Part shown: positions 39,673 through 49,129 of the stretch, piece by piece | How positions within the stretch are numbered: the stretch's first letter is position 1 | How the letters are laid out: each line of letters starts with the position of its first letter | DNA from: Ignavibacteria bacterium | GTDB taxonomy: Bacteria > Elusimicrobiota > Endomicrobiia > PHAN01 | NCBI GenBank assembly: GCA_041694835.1 | Contig: JBGFRZ010000032.1 | Span: 57 to 64,056 of the forward strand | Direction of reading: 5' to 3' | Length of the DNA: 64,000 bases | Notes under the pieces: generated by a model | What the model saw: the letters and a program-made list of their open reading frames with translations, nothing else | The model's database searches: none | Told to the model about the DNA's origin: nothing | Program-made: the position numbers and the translations under genes

Positions 39673-41515
39673 TCTCTGCGTCTATAGAAACACTAACCGA
39701 ATAATTCCTTGAGCTCCGAACAGCAGAAATAATTTTCGAAAAATCGCCGTTTCCCTTCAAAATTATTTTCCAGAGATACCGCTTCCTTAATTTCTTCCGA
39801 TAATCACTTGATGGACCGACGATTTCCGCCTCTAAGTTGTTTTCGTTTAATATCTTTTCCATGAGAGTGGACGTTTTTTCGGCGTATAACTTGGCCAACT
39901 TATCATTTTTGCTCCTGAAGGTCAGCGTTATCAGACGGGCGTAAGGAGGGTATTTGAGTTTTTTTCTTTGTTTCAACTCTTCGGAATAAAACTCCTCATA
40001 ATTTAATTTGAAGGGGTAGTAATCCGGGAAGTGGGTTTCGACATAGAGCTCGGGCTCTTCGGCTTTCTTTGATAAAAGTTCGCTATAATCCGCCATCTTC
40101 AAAAATATTTTTTCATTGGAAAAATACTCCGGATGCATGAAATCGAAATCCGCATTCAATAAAATGACAAGTCCTATATCAGACGACACCATATAATGCC
40201 TGGGAGGATGTGTGGCGATGATGAAATCGGCTGATAACGACTCTTTATTTTTATTGCTTTTGTATGAATTCCTGGCGTCGAGATCGTAACGGGTTATAGT
40301 CGCACACGGATAAAGCTGTCTTAAGGACTCCTCGATTTTTTGCGTTCCAAAAGAAAGAGCGGTAAGATTCCGAGAGCCGCAGATATTGCATAATGGGGCA
40401 TAGACGATCTGTCTGCCACAGTAGTTGCATCGGAGTATTTTTTCTTTCCCGGCGATGTAGAGCGTGAGGGGTATGTCGCAGTCTTCGCATTTCAAAATCC
40501 TTTTGCATGAGCCGCAGTAGTATCCCCCGGAAAAACCTTTCAGCGGATAGTGTATAAGCGTGGTAAGCTTTTTGATGTAATTTCTGTCGATACTTTCCTT
40601 TAAAATTGAGATAATGTCATAATTCCTGCTCTTATATTTTTTAACGATTTCCCAATGATTTTTTTTATACGCATCGGGAGGTTTTTCCGTCAACTTTTTC
40701 ACGCCGCCTTCTTTGATTTTGGAATAGATGTCGACTGAGAACGCGGATCCTCCGAAAATAACTCTTATCTTATATCGCTCCGATTTTTTGAGCGCCACGT
40801 TTCTTGTGTTGTAATAAGGGCGCCGTCCATCCTTGTGGGCGTAGTCGTACTCTCTGTCAACAATTATGGTCCCGAGGTTGTTGAGTGGCAAAAACACGCT
40901 TCTTCTTGTGCCTATCACAAAACTGCATTCGTTCAAGAGTAGTTTTTCGAATGTTTCCGATTGCATTTTTTTTGATAAATCCGAACTCCAGACAACGGGC
41001 TCGAATCTGGCGTAATAATTTTTCGCCCAAACAACATCCGAAAGCGTTGGTAGAACAAGAAGCACGCTTTTTTTTGCGCTGAGCCCATCTGATATTTCTT
41101 TTTTGTAAAAATCATATCTTTCATCGTTCCCGAGGAATGCGGCGAAAAGAGTACTTTTGTCTTTTCCATTATTTATCTCTGGATTTTTTGATGCGGTTTT
41201 TATGTGTTTAAAATCAATCGGATATATCAGATTCAACACCGCGCCAACGGAAACAAAGTAATGCTCGCTCAAGGCATTTGCGAATGCGAGGGCTTTTTCG
41301 TCAATAACCGGGGTTTCGTCCACTGATGAGATTACTTCCTTTAATTGATGCTTAAGATGAGGTTCTTTTTTGCCAACATCGACGACATATCCAAGGCGGG
41401 ACGTGCTTCCGAAAGGGACATTCACCCTTGAACCGACAGATAGATTTATGCTCACAGGGACAGCATAATCAAACTCTCCGTCGGGAGGCTTTGGAAATAC
41501 TACTTTTGCAAACAT
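39662..41515 (-). CDS. PriA-like protein with degenerate ATPase motifs (primosomal protein N' homolog lacking Walker A/B and the arginine finger)
   Basis: PriA-type N-terminal 3'-DNA-binding domain (FDYAVP...RVNVPFG), motif Ia LLVLPTL, PriA Cys-rich zinc module (CGSC...CEDC...CNYC...CNIC); Walker A position reads GNDER, DEEH reads DREY, the GRAGR region is absent. Confidence 0.65.
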   Translation of the reverse strand: MFAKVVFPKPPDGEFDYAVPVSINLSVGSRVNVPFGSTSRLGYVVDVGKKEPHLKHQLKEVISSVDETPVIDEKALAFANALSEHYFVSVGAVLNLIYPIDFKHIKTASKNPEINNGKDKSTLFAAFLGNDERYDFYKKEISDGLSAKKSVLLVLPTLSDVVWAKNYYARFEPVVWSSDLSKKMQSETFEKLLLNECSFVIGTRRSVFLPLNNLGTIIVDREYDYAHKDGRRPYYNTRNVALKKSERYKIRVIFGGSAFSVDIYSKIKEGGVKKLTEKPPDAYKKNHWEIVKKYKSRNYDIISILKESIDRNYIKKLTTLIHYPLKGFSGGYYCGSCKRILKCEDCDIPLTLYIAGKEKILRCNYCGRQIVYAPLCNICGSRNLTALSFGTQKIEESLRQLYPCATITRYDLDARNSYKSNKNKESLSADFIIATHPPRHYMVSSDIGLVILLNADFDFMHPEYFSNEKIFLKMADYSELLSKKAEEPELYVETHFPDYYPFKLNYEEFYSEELKQRKKLKYPPYARLITLTFRSKNDKLAKLYAEKTSTLMEKILNENNLEAEIVGPSSDYRKKLRKRYLWKIILKGNGDFSKIISAVRSSRNYSVSVSIDAESAA

Positions 41516-41520
41516 ATTTC

Positions 41521-41565
41521 GCTATTTGCTATTTGCTATTCGCTATTCGCTATCTATAGCGCGAC
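41521..41565. repeat. Short low-complexity element D (GCTATTTGCTATTTGCTATTCGCTATTCGCTATCTATAGCG)
   Basis: CTATTCGCTATTC unit shared with elements C, E and G; supplies the last codons and the TAG stop of the SpoIID-like gene. Confidence 0.5.
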
Positions 41566-42691
41566 GAACAACCGTTCCGGGATAATAAAATTTTAATATC
41601 TGGACGTAATCCCGCCCTTCATCGGCCATACCTTTGGCGCCGGCCTGACAAAGTCCCACCCCATGGCCCCAACCGGAACCGCGAAACTCAAAAGAGTCTT
41701 TATGTCTCACAACCGCCGTAAGCTTCGTGCTCCTCATTCGCCACGGGTCCAGCGCCAGGCGGAATTTTCCGGCATGAATCAATGTCTTGCCTGCGGTGTG
41801 GCTCACTCTTATGTGCTTTGCCCGCCCGGATACACTTCGCCCAACAATCTCAAGATTCTTTATTTTTCCGACTTTATATCCGGAAACGTACATCTTCTTT
41901 CTTATCAATTCTCCGTCGAAAACATGTGTCCAGTTAAAATGCTTATAATGAGTGCAAAATTTGCAAACCCTGGGAACAAAGTAATGCGGAATTTCGTTTG
42001 TCATATTCCAGACATTGGCTATTTCTTCGGTGTGTCCGCCACAGCTTGCATGGTAAACGGCGTTTACAACCTCGCCTTTTCTATCATAAAGAACCTCGCC
42101 TTTTGTTTCGAAGACCGCCCTATCCGTGGCAGGATTTTCGACTTCGAGGCCGCCGTAAACCTGGCAATGAACCGTAGAACATACATCGAAACCATCTGCT
42201 CTGTGGCGACCTGAATTCTTCCAGACAAAACTCCTTGCCGCCACAGCCTGTGCTTTCAAAGCCTCGGGTGGCCATGAGGGACTCATCTCCTTCGGAAGCA
42301 CCCCGCGGATGTAGTTGTCTATCCCGAGCTCGTTGATAACGTTCAACCCGTTTGAGGTTTTTAAAATCAAAATCGAATCCCTGTATCTTCTGCCGTTTAT
42401 TTTTACATGCTCATCGCCGACGGGGACGAGCCTAACGGGCAAATTATATCCCTTGCCATCGATCAAAAGAGAGTCTTTTCTTATGCGCGCCAGATAATCG
42501 TTTGAATCGTTGAAAGTTCTTTTTTTTCCGCTTTTTATCTCATAGACATAATAATTATTACCTGAAACATTGAAACCCGGAACATCCTTGATTATCCCAA
42601 CTTTGATTATGTCCCTCGAAGCAAAAACAATTTGATAAAGACAAAGCATGAAGCAGAGCGAAAATATCACTAAATGTAAAATTTTTTTCAC
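41543..42691 (-). CDS. SpoIID/LytB-domain protein (amidase-enhancer family), secreted; start proposed at GTG 42691
   Basis: GFDVCSTVHCQVYGG SpoIID motif. A GTG start gives a clean signal peptide (V)KKILHLVIFSLCFMLCLYQIVFA; the longer ATG-initiated ORF to 42775 reads through the conserved leader cassette. Confidence 0.65.
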   Translation of the reverse strand: MKKILHLVIFSLCFMLCLYQIVFASRDIIKVGIIKDVPGFNVSGNNYYVYEIKSGKKRTFNDSNDYLARIRKDSLLIDGKGYNLPVRLVPVGDEHVKINGRRYRDSILILKTSNGLNVINELGIDNYIRGVLPKEMSPSWPPEALKAQAVAARSFVWKNSGRHRADGFDVCSTVHCQVYGGLEVENPATDRAVFETKGEVLYDRKGEVVNAVYHASCGGHTEEIANVWNMTNEIPHYFVPRVCKFCTHYKHFNWTHVFDGELIRKKMYVSGYKVGKIKNLEIVGRSVSGRAKHIRVSHTAGKTLIHAGKFRLALDPWRMRSTKLTAVVRHKDSFEFRGSGWGHGVGLCQAGAKGMADEGRDYVQILKFYYPGTVVRRAIDSE

Positions 42692-42720
42692 CCCGTCAGA
42701 AGCTCCGATGGTTTGTTCAT
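42688..42720 (-). other. Conserved leader cassette copy Y: 10-codon uORF (MNKPSELLTG) whose TGA stop overlaps the proposed GTG start of the SpoIID-like gene (GTGA)
   Basis: AGGGTTGATGAACAAACCATCGGAGCTTCTGACGGGGTGA on the minus strand. Confidence 0.4.
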
Positions 42721-42771
42721 CAACCCTGAATTTTTGGGCTTTGCTCGTAAATTTTCTAAAACTACATGGGT

Positions 42772-42984
42772 TCATTTTTTAAAAAGATTGATAATTAAAG
42801 TTAGAATGATTGATAAAATTATCGAAGTAGTGAACGGGAAGAAAAATACGAAATTTTCTTTTTTGATGTATATATCCCCCGGAAGGCGCCCAATAAACGG
42901 AATTTTATGCCCCATGTAAAAAAATATGCCCAAGACAATCATAATTAAACCCGTTATTATAAAAATTTTTCCGAAATTGGACAT
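42772..42984 (-). CDS. DUF2905-family small membrane protein (start at the internal Met; longer ORF to 43119 is repeat-derived)
   Basis: MSNFGKIFIITGLIMIVLGIFFYMG...GRLPGDIYIKKENFVFFFPFTTSIILSIILTLI. Confidence 0.5.
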   Translation of the reverse strand: MSNFGKIFIITGLIMIVLGIFFYMGHKIPFIGRLPGDIYIKKENFVFFFPFTTSIILSIILTLIINLFKK

Positions 42985-43005
42985 AATTTTAGCGGCGAAG
43001 GCAGA

Positions 43006-43250
43006 AGTGCACAAGAGCGCAAGAGCACAAGTCAGAGGACAGAGTTCAGGGAACAGAGAACAGAGGTCAGAGGCTAGAGGCGAGGGACAAGAGGTTAGGG
43101 AATGGAAATTTTTATTCAATTTCTTGTCCCCTATCCTCTATTCTCTATACGCTATTCTCTCACCTCTGACCTCTCACCTCTCATCTCTCATCTCTATCCT
43201 CTATTCACTATTCGCTATTCGCTGTCCTACAGTCTCTAATCTCTGCTGCT
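43006..43250. repeat. Low-complexity purine/pyrimidine dyad element E
   Basis: GCACAAGAGCGCAAGAGCACAAGTCAGAGGACAGAG...GGTTAGGGAATGGAAATTTTTATTC...TCACCTCTGACCTCTCACCTCTCATCTC...CTATTCACTATTCGCTATTCGC; the central GGAAATGGAAATT motif is shared with element C. Confidence 0.7.
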
Positions 43251-43808
43251 TTTTTGTTCTACCCGTTTACCTCTCTCTCCCTTGTCGCTTTCCTGTCTGC
43301 TGAATATGCATCCGCAGTATTTCTGACTGTAGAGCCCAAGTTTTTTTATCTTCTCTTTTGCTTCGCGGTATTTCTTCCTCACATCGACATAAATAAATTC
43401 AACATTCCATTTTTGCGAAAGAGTCTCCGCTATTCCTCTTATTAAATCGTGCTTTTGATAAGGACTTGCAAGAAGTGTCGTCGAAAAGCAGTCGAATATT
43501 TTGTCGCCTCTAAAGCAACGTCTCGCCGTTTCTTCGAGTCGGTTTATATAACAATACTTGCATCTATCAGCCGAAGCTTTCGCCGCATCAAGCCACTTTT
43601 CCATGCTATGAGCCGGGATATTTATAGATGAGATTCCTTTAAGGGCGTTGAATTTTTCAAGGGCGTCAAAACGGAGATATGATTCCTGTTCGGGGTGTAT
43701 GTTCGGATTATACCATAAACCGTAGACATCAAAATCCATCTCTATTCGCTCCAGCATCGGAGCGGTGCAGATAGCACAACACTGATGAAGCAAAAGTTTC
43801 TTTCTCAC
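43236..43808 (-). CDS. queH: Epoxyqueuosine reductase QueH (DUF208)
   Basis: LLLHQCCAICT N-terminal Cys cluster, YVDVRK..GLY..KYCGC; GTG start; last 5 or so codons run into element E. Confidence 0.8.
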   Translation of the reverse strand: MRKKLLLHQCCAICTAPMLERIEMDFDVYGLWYNPNIHPEQESYLRFDALEKFNALKGISSINIPAHSMEKWLDAAKASADRCKYCYINRLEETARRCFRGDKIFDCFSTTLLASPYQKHDLIRGIAETLSQKWNVEFIYVDVRKKYREAKEKIKKLGLYSQKYCGCIFSRQESDKGERGKRVEQKSSRD

Positions 43809-43837
43809 CAGATCAGAAGTCCGCGCAATTTGTTCAT
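43805..43837 (-). other. Conserved leader cassette copy Z: 10-codon uORF (MNKLRGLLIW) whose TGA stop overlaps the queH GTG start (GTGA)
   Basis: AGGGTTGATGAACAAATTGCGCGGACTTCTGATCTGGTGA on the minus strand. Confidence 0.4.
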
Positions 43838-43863
43838 CAACCCTGAAGTTTTTGGCTTTACTC

Positions 43864-44889
43864 TTACTGGAAAAGTGAATTTTTCTTGTCAGGGACTGGA
43901 ATTTTTAGATGTCCGTAGGCTTTTTCGGTGGCGATGCGGCCGCGGGGTGTGCGGGCTATGAATCCCTCCTTTATCAGATACGGCTCATAGACATCGGACA
44001 CTGTGTCGACATCCTCGGAAACTGATATTGCCACAGATTCTACTCCGACGGGACCACCGTTAAATTTTCCCACTATGCTTAAAAGAATCTTCCTGTCCAT
44101 CTCGTCGAGACCGCCTTCATCCACCCTCATCTTTAAAAGAGATTCCCTCGCTACATCCATAGTAATTATGCCATCGGATTTAACATCGGCAAAATCTCTT
44201 ATCCTTTTAAGCAGTCGGTTCGCGATTCTCGGAGTACCCCTTGAACGAGCGGCTATTTCCGCTGATGCGGTGGATTCGATGCGGATGTCAAGTATCTTGC
44301 TAGAGCGGGCGAGTATTTGATTCAATTCCTCCGTTTGGTAATATTCAAGATGTTCGACGATCCCAAATCTTTCCCTTAGGGGCGTGCTCAATAATCCCGC
44401 TCGTGTCGTCGCCCCTATCAAAGTAAATCTGGGAACTGGCAGACGAAATGTCCTTGCGCTCGGGCCCTGACCAAGAATGATATCAAGCTGAAAATCCTCG
44501 AGAACGGGATAGAGAGCTTCTTCTACAAGATGATTCAATCTATGAATCTCGTCGATGAAAAGGACGTCTCCTTCCGACAAACTCGTCAGTATCGCCGCAA
44601 GGTCGCCGACACGAACCAATATGGGGCCGGATGTTGCCCTCAGATTCACCGATAACTCCTTTGAGACAATGTGAGCGAGTGTGGTTTTGCCAAGACCTGG
44701 TGGCGAATAAAAAAGACAGTGGTCAAGTGGTTCGCCCCTTTTTTTGGCTGCCTGTAAAAAAACCTTAAGGTTCTCTTTCATTTTTTCCTGGCCAACGAAC
44801 TCATCAAGCGTTTTTGGCCTTAGGGAGTTTTCGAACGGGGTTTCTTGCGCGAATTTTTCGGCGATTGTAATTTCTTCATTATTCTCCAT
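43864..44889 (-). CDS. ruvB: Holliday junction branch-migration helicase RuvB
   Basis: Walker A PPGLGKTT, Walker B DEIHRL, sensor motifs. Confidence 0.95.
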   Translation of the reverse strand: MENNEEITIAEKFAQETPFENSLRPKTLDEFVGQEKMKENLKVFLQAAKKRGEPLDHCLFYSPPGLGKTTLAHIVSKELSVNLRATSGPILVRVGDLAAILTSLSEGDVLFIDEIHRLNHLVEEALYPVLEDFQLDIILGQGPSARTFRLPVPRFTLIGATTRAGLLSTPLRERFGIVEHLEYYQTEELNQILARSSKILDIRIESTASAEIAARSRGTPRIANRLLKRIRDFADVKSDGIITMDVARESLLKMRVDEGGLDEMDRKILLSIVGKFNGGPVGVESVAISVSEDVDTVSDVYEPYLIKEGFIARTPRGRIATEKAYGHLKIPVPDKKNSLFQ

Positions 44890-45524
44890 TACAACCTCTT
44901 AAGAGCGTCTTTGACGACTTCCTCTACTTTTTCTCCATAAGGCATTTCGTCCAATGATTCATCGACGGCGGTTTTGGCCTGGCTTTCGCGATATCCCAAA
45001 GCCACAAGCACGGCGACCGCCTCCGCCCTTGTATTTACATATCTGGATGAGCGTTTTTCCATGGGGCCTATTTTTAATTCGGCGATTTTATCTTTCAAAT
45101 TCGATATGAGTTTTTCCGCTGTTGGTTTTCTGAAACCAAACAAAGTAGAAAGTATTGGAACATCCTTGTCTATCACTGCCTTCCGGAAATCTCCGACGGA
45201 CTTCGTTATCTTATCAAGATACTCCAACGCTTTTTTTGCGCCTGTGCCAGGCATCGTTCTCAACAGCTCGAACGTGTCTTTTTCGATCTGGCTCTGAAAG
45301 CCGTAAAGCGTTGTCGCGCCGCCGTACATGGCGGTAGATTCGCTGATAAAGAACCTGACCTCAGCCGCCGCATCGTCGGGAAGCGACGCAGACGTGGAAG
45401 GGGTGACGAAAACTTCCCATCCGACACCCGAAACCTCGACGATGACGCTCCCAGAGTTTTTTTTCAATAATATACCTCTCAGAGATGCTATCACGAGAAC
45501 CTCACCGAATTGAAATAATGACAC
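44889..45524 (-). CDS. ruvA: Holliday junction DNA helicase RuvA
   Basis: 211 aa; OB-fold N-terminus and HhH motifs; in ruvA-ruvB order. Confidence 0.9.
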   Translation of the reverse strand: MSLFQFGEVLVIASLRGILLKKNSGSVIVEVSGVGWEVFVTPSTSASLPDDAAAEVRFFISESTAMYGGATTLYGFQSQIEKDTFELLRTMPGTGAKKALEYLDKITKSVGDFRKAVIDKDVPILSTLFGFRKPTAEKLISNLKDKIAELKIGPMEKRSSRYVNTRAEAVAVLVALGYRESQAKTAVDESLDEMPYGEKVEEVVKDALKRL

Positions 45525-45982
45525 ACGGCCACCGCAAGAGCGTCAGCGGTATCGTCTGGTTTTGGGATATCCTTTAAGCCCAGAATGTTTTTCACCATAT
45601 GCTGCATCTGGTTCTTCTCGGACGAGCCGTATCCTGTCAACGTTATCTTGATTATCCTGGGGTTGTACTGAAAAATCTTCATTTTGTTTTTGGCCGCTAT
45701 GTATAGAATCACACCGCGTGCCTGCGCAATTGAAAACAATGTTTTAGATTTTTTTAAGAAGAAAATCTCTTCTATAGCAAGCGTTTCAGCCTTATGTTTC
45801 TTTATTATAAAATCCATCGAATCCGCTATTTCCAAAAACCTATTTTCCGATGACAGTTCGAGCGATGTTTCTATACAGCCGTATTCAATCGCTTCAATTT
45901 TCTCTGGACCAGAGCCGCCGCAAACACGAACCGCCGCCCATCCAGTCCTCGCAACACCCGGATCTACGCCGATAATTATCAT
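45491..45982 (-). CDS. ruvC: Crossover junction endodeoxyribonuclease RuvC
   Basis: MIIIGVDPG...TGWA N-terminus typical of RuvC. Confidence 0.9.
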   Translation of the reverse strand: MIIIGVDPGVARTGWAAVRVCGGSGPEKIEAIEYGCIETSLELSSENRFLEIADSMDFIIKKHKAETLAIEEIFFLKKSKTLFSIAQARGVILYIAAKNKMKIFQYNPRIIKITLTGYGSSEKNQMQHMVKNILGLKDIPKPDDTADALAVAVCHYFNSVRFS

Positions 45983-46734
45983 AAATTTGAAGAACCTGAT
46001 TCTTTCAGGTTGGAAATATCGAAGTTGGCATAGATGTTTTTAACATCATCGTAATCTTCGAGGCTCTCCATTAATTTTAGCATTTTTTCGGCCTCTTCCC
46101 CGCTCAGTTTTATGAAAGTCGTGGGATGCAGCGACACCTCGGCGGTTTCTACCGCTATTTTTTTAACTTCAATAGCTGATTTTACATTGTTGAAATTTTC
46201 AGGTGAAGTTGTGATTTCGTAGATGTCGTCGTCTTCAGTCCTGACGTCGTCGGCGCCCGCTTCAAGCGCCACACTGATTATTTCATCTTCGGTAATTCTC
46301 GTTTTATCGACGGAGATATAACCCTTCAAATTAAAGAGCCACGCGACGCATCCATTTTCTCCGAGATTGCCGCCGTGCGTCGAAAAAATCTTTCTTATCT
46401 CCGCTGTAGTTCTGTTTTTGTTGTCAGTCGTTGCCTCGACCATAATCGCAACGCCACCCGGACCGTATCCCTCGTAAACAATCTCTTCGTAATTAACACC
46501 CGGCAGCTCACCTGTGCCCCTTTGAACCGCTTTTTTGATGTTGTCAAGGGGCATGTTCGCTTCTCTTGCGTCATCCATTGCTTTTCTAAGACGCGGATTG
46601 TTTTCCGGATTTCCACCACCAAGTCTGGCGGAGATTGTTATTTCGCGTATTATCCTTGTAAACAACTTCCCTCGTTTTGCATCGATGACGGCTTTTTTGT
46701 GTTTTATACCCGCCCACTTCGAATGTCCCGACAT
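45979..46734 (-). CDS. yebC: YebC/PmpR-family transcriptional regulator (start at internal MSGHSKWA)
   Basis: [15 protein letters not shown] signature; the 17-codon upstream extension is probably not translated. Confidence 0.85.
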   Translation of the reverse strand: MSGHSKWAGIKHKKAVIDAKRGKLFTRIIREITISARLGGGNPENNPRLRKAMDDAREANMPLDNIKKAVQRGTGELPGVNYEEIVYEGYGPGGVAIMVEATTDNKNRTTAEIRKIFSTHGGNLGENGCVAWLFNLKGYISVDKTRITEDEIISVALEAGADDVRTEDDDIYEITTSPENFNNVKSAIEVKKIAVETAEVSLHPTTFIKLSGEEAEKMLKLMESLEDYDDVKNIYANFDISNLKESGSSNL

Positions 46735-46802
46735 CTTTATTCTCCTATGGTCCCGCTTTGCGGGAACATCCCCGAATAAATTCAACCCCGCCCTGCGGGT
46801 CT

Positions 46803-49124
46803 TTATTTCAATCTCTCGACAGCCATTTTGTTTGTAGGGTCTATCTGTTTTACCCTTTCCCAGACGCTCCTCGCCTCTTTCGACCTATTTTGCTTTTCAT
46901 ACATCAAAGCCAGATTTGAAAGAAGCGTGGCGTTGCCGGGCTGAGATTGAATAAGTTCTTTGTAAATTTTCTCTGCGTTGTAAAAATCCCCGGCGGTAAA
47001 ATAGAGGTTCGCGAGATAAAATCTGCCCTTGAAACTTCCCGGATATTTTTCCGCTATTTTTTCAGCTATGCCAATAGCCGATGACCAATCTTGTTTTTCT
47101 ATAAACCTGCCGAGCTGCTCCATAAGTTTATCGTATTCGGTCAGGAAAGAAACAGACGCTCCCTGTTGTCTGAGCAAGGTCTCAAGGTTTTTTCTCGCCA
47201 TTAAAAACTCTGGGTCAATCTCAATGGCCATCTTGTAGAAATCAATTGCACGCTTCGGTTGGTTGGTGCGGGTATAAAGATAACCCAGATTATTTATTAT
47301 GTCCTTGTTGTCTGGAAAAAAATTATGGGCTTGTTCAAAAAGGCTTATTGCCCTGTTGGAATTTTTCTCAATATCGTTCATATATATCGCACCGAGCGCC
47401 ATATATGTATCAAAAGAGAGCGGATTTATTCCGAGTGCCATCGAGTAGTTTTTTTCCGCCTCACTGCGATCGCCCATCTGATTATAAACCGTTGCCATGT
47501 TAAAAAATATCTCGTCGTATCCGGTATTTGCTTTTAACGCCTCCTTGTAAGCCCATATCGCTTTTTCCTTCATGCCAAGCCTCGCATAGGTGTTTCCAAG
47601 TTCGTAGTTGTTGTTGACTTCAAATCGCTGATATTTATGAGCGCGCTCAAGATACTCCATCGAACTTCTTACCTCTCCTCTTTTCGACAGCTTGAAACCC
47701 GAAAAGTAATTTATTTCACCCATGAAATTTTTGTAATACCTTATTATAAAAATCACGCCTGCAAGAATAAGCACAAAAACGATGGATTTCGAGAGCATGT
47801 TCTTAATCTGTATTTCCCTGATTCTGGGAGACGCTATAGACATCAGGACGCCGACAACCCACCAGTAGAGAAATGCCGGTACGGCAAAGTGAATAGAGAC
47901 ATTTAAAAGATTATCGATAAGCATGCCAAATATCCCGGCGGATAGAGCAAGAGAGAGCGTCTTTTGAAAACCGGACGCGGATTTCCATATTTTAAATCCT
48001 GATACGAAAAGAGTGCATATGAGCCAGATATAAACGCCGAATCCAATTATTCCCGTCTGAGACCATATCTCCAGAATTTCGTTGTGGGCGTTGTTTGCAT
48101 GTGTCCTAAGGGTTCTATATATGTCAAAAAAAAGATATCTCCCCTGATAAAAAGGAAAAAAAAGCTCGAATAGTCCCCATCCCCTGCCTATCAGCGGCAT
48201 CTCAACAATCATATTCCATGCGCACGACCATATCAACTGCCTCTGATGCGCTGGAGCGTAGACTTTTGTGGCGTAATCTTTTGATTCTATCAATCGTTCA
48301 AAAATCGCCGGGGTGTATTTCTCGACGCTTTTCGGGTGAGGCCAGAAAAAAACAAGCAATGCCACAAATGCTCCGAGAACAATCAATCTCTTTTTGCTTC
48401 TATATATCAGCTCTTTCTGTAAAAGTGCAAAAAACAAAACCAACCCGCCAAACGCCCCGAGCCAGGAAGATCTGGTAAGAGTAACAACAAGCGATGTCAT
48501 ATAGGTAAAAATATAGATGAAATAAAAAATGACATCCGATGATTTTTTGGCATTGATATAATAAGCGAAAAGAATCGGCAAAAGTATTACAAGGTAAGAA
48601 GATAAAAAGTTGGGATTCCCGAAAGTTGAGACGGAACGGCCGCCGAAAGGATTGAGCAATCTTGGCCAAACAAACTCTATGCCGAGAAACTGCAAAATGC
48701 CGTAAAAAGCGGCGATGAACCCGACGAAAAACAAAACACCAAAAGTCTTTTTTTTGAACTCCTCGTCCAATAAATTTATAGGAATGTGATAAACGAGGAT
48801 TGCGTTGACAAGGAAAAACAGCCAACGTTTCAGGCCTTCTGAGTAACTCGAAAATCTAAGAAAAACGTCGGAGTAGTTTTCAAAAAAATTGAACAGCCAC
48901 GAAAAAGTCGCCACAGAAAAAAAGACAAAAAGCGGGAGATCTATATTTGAAGTCTTTAATGTTATTTTTTTCGCAATCAACCCTTTAAGCAAAAACCAAA
49001 TCCAGATAAAAAGGGTTAGAGCGTTCAAAAATACTATCTGAAAGTAGTACGGATTCCTTGTAAGGTCTGTGAAAAAAACTATCGGCGGAATCGTCAGTAA
49101 TATGAAGATTAAAATTTTGTACAT
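46803..49124 (-). CDS. O-antigen ligase-like (Wzy_C) polytopic membrane protein fused to C-terminal TPR repeats
   Basis: Twelve or more TM helices, [12 protein letters not shown] Wzy_C-like motif, several TPR repeats at the C-terminus. Confidence 0.6.
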   Translation of the reverse strand: MYKILIFILLTIPPIVFFTDLTRNPYYFQIVFLNALTLFIWIWFLLKGLIAKKITLKTSNIDLPLFVFFSVATFSWLFNFFENYSDVFLRFSSYSEGLKRWLFFLVNAILVYHIPINLLDEEFKKKTFGVLFFVGFIAAFYGILQFLGIEFVWPRLLNPFGGRSVSTFGNPNFLSSYLVILLPILFAYYINAKKSSDVIFYFIYIFTYMTSLVVTLTRSSWLGAFGGLVLFFALLQKELIYRSKKRLIVLGAFVALLVFFWPHPKSVEKYTPAIFERLIESKDYATKVYAPAHQRQLIWSCAWNMIVEMPLIGRGWGLFELFFPFYQGRYLFFDIYRTLRTHANNAHNEILEIWSQTGIIGFGVYIWLICTLFVSGFKIWKSASGFQKTLSLALSAGIFGMLIDNLLNVSIHFAVPAFLYWWVVGVLMSIASPRIREIQIKNMLSKSIVFVLILAGVIFIIRYYKNFMGEINYFSGFKLSKRGEVRSSMEYLERAHKYQRFEVNNNYELGNTYARLGMKEKAIWAYKEALKANTGYDEIFFNMATVYNQMGDRSEAEKNYSMALGINPLSFDTYMALGAIYMNDIEKNSNRAISLFEQAHNFFPDNKDIINNLGYLYTRTNQPKRAIDFYKMAIEIDPEFLMARKNLETLLRQQGASVSFLTEYDKLMEQLGRFIEKQDWSSAIGIAEKIAEKYPGSFKGRFYLANLYFTAGDFYNAEKIYKELIQSQPGNATLLSNLALMYEKQNRSKEARSVWERVKQIDPTNKMAVERLK

Positions 49125-49129
49125 CTTCT

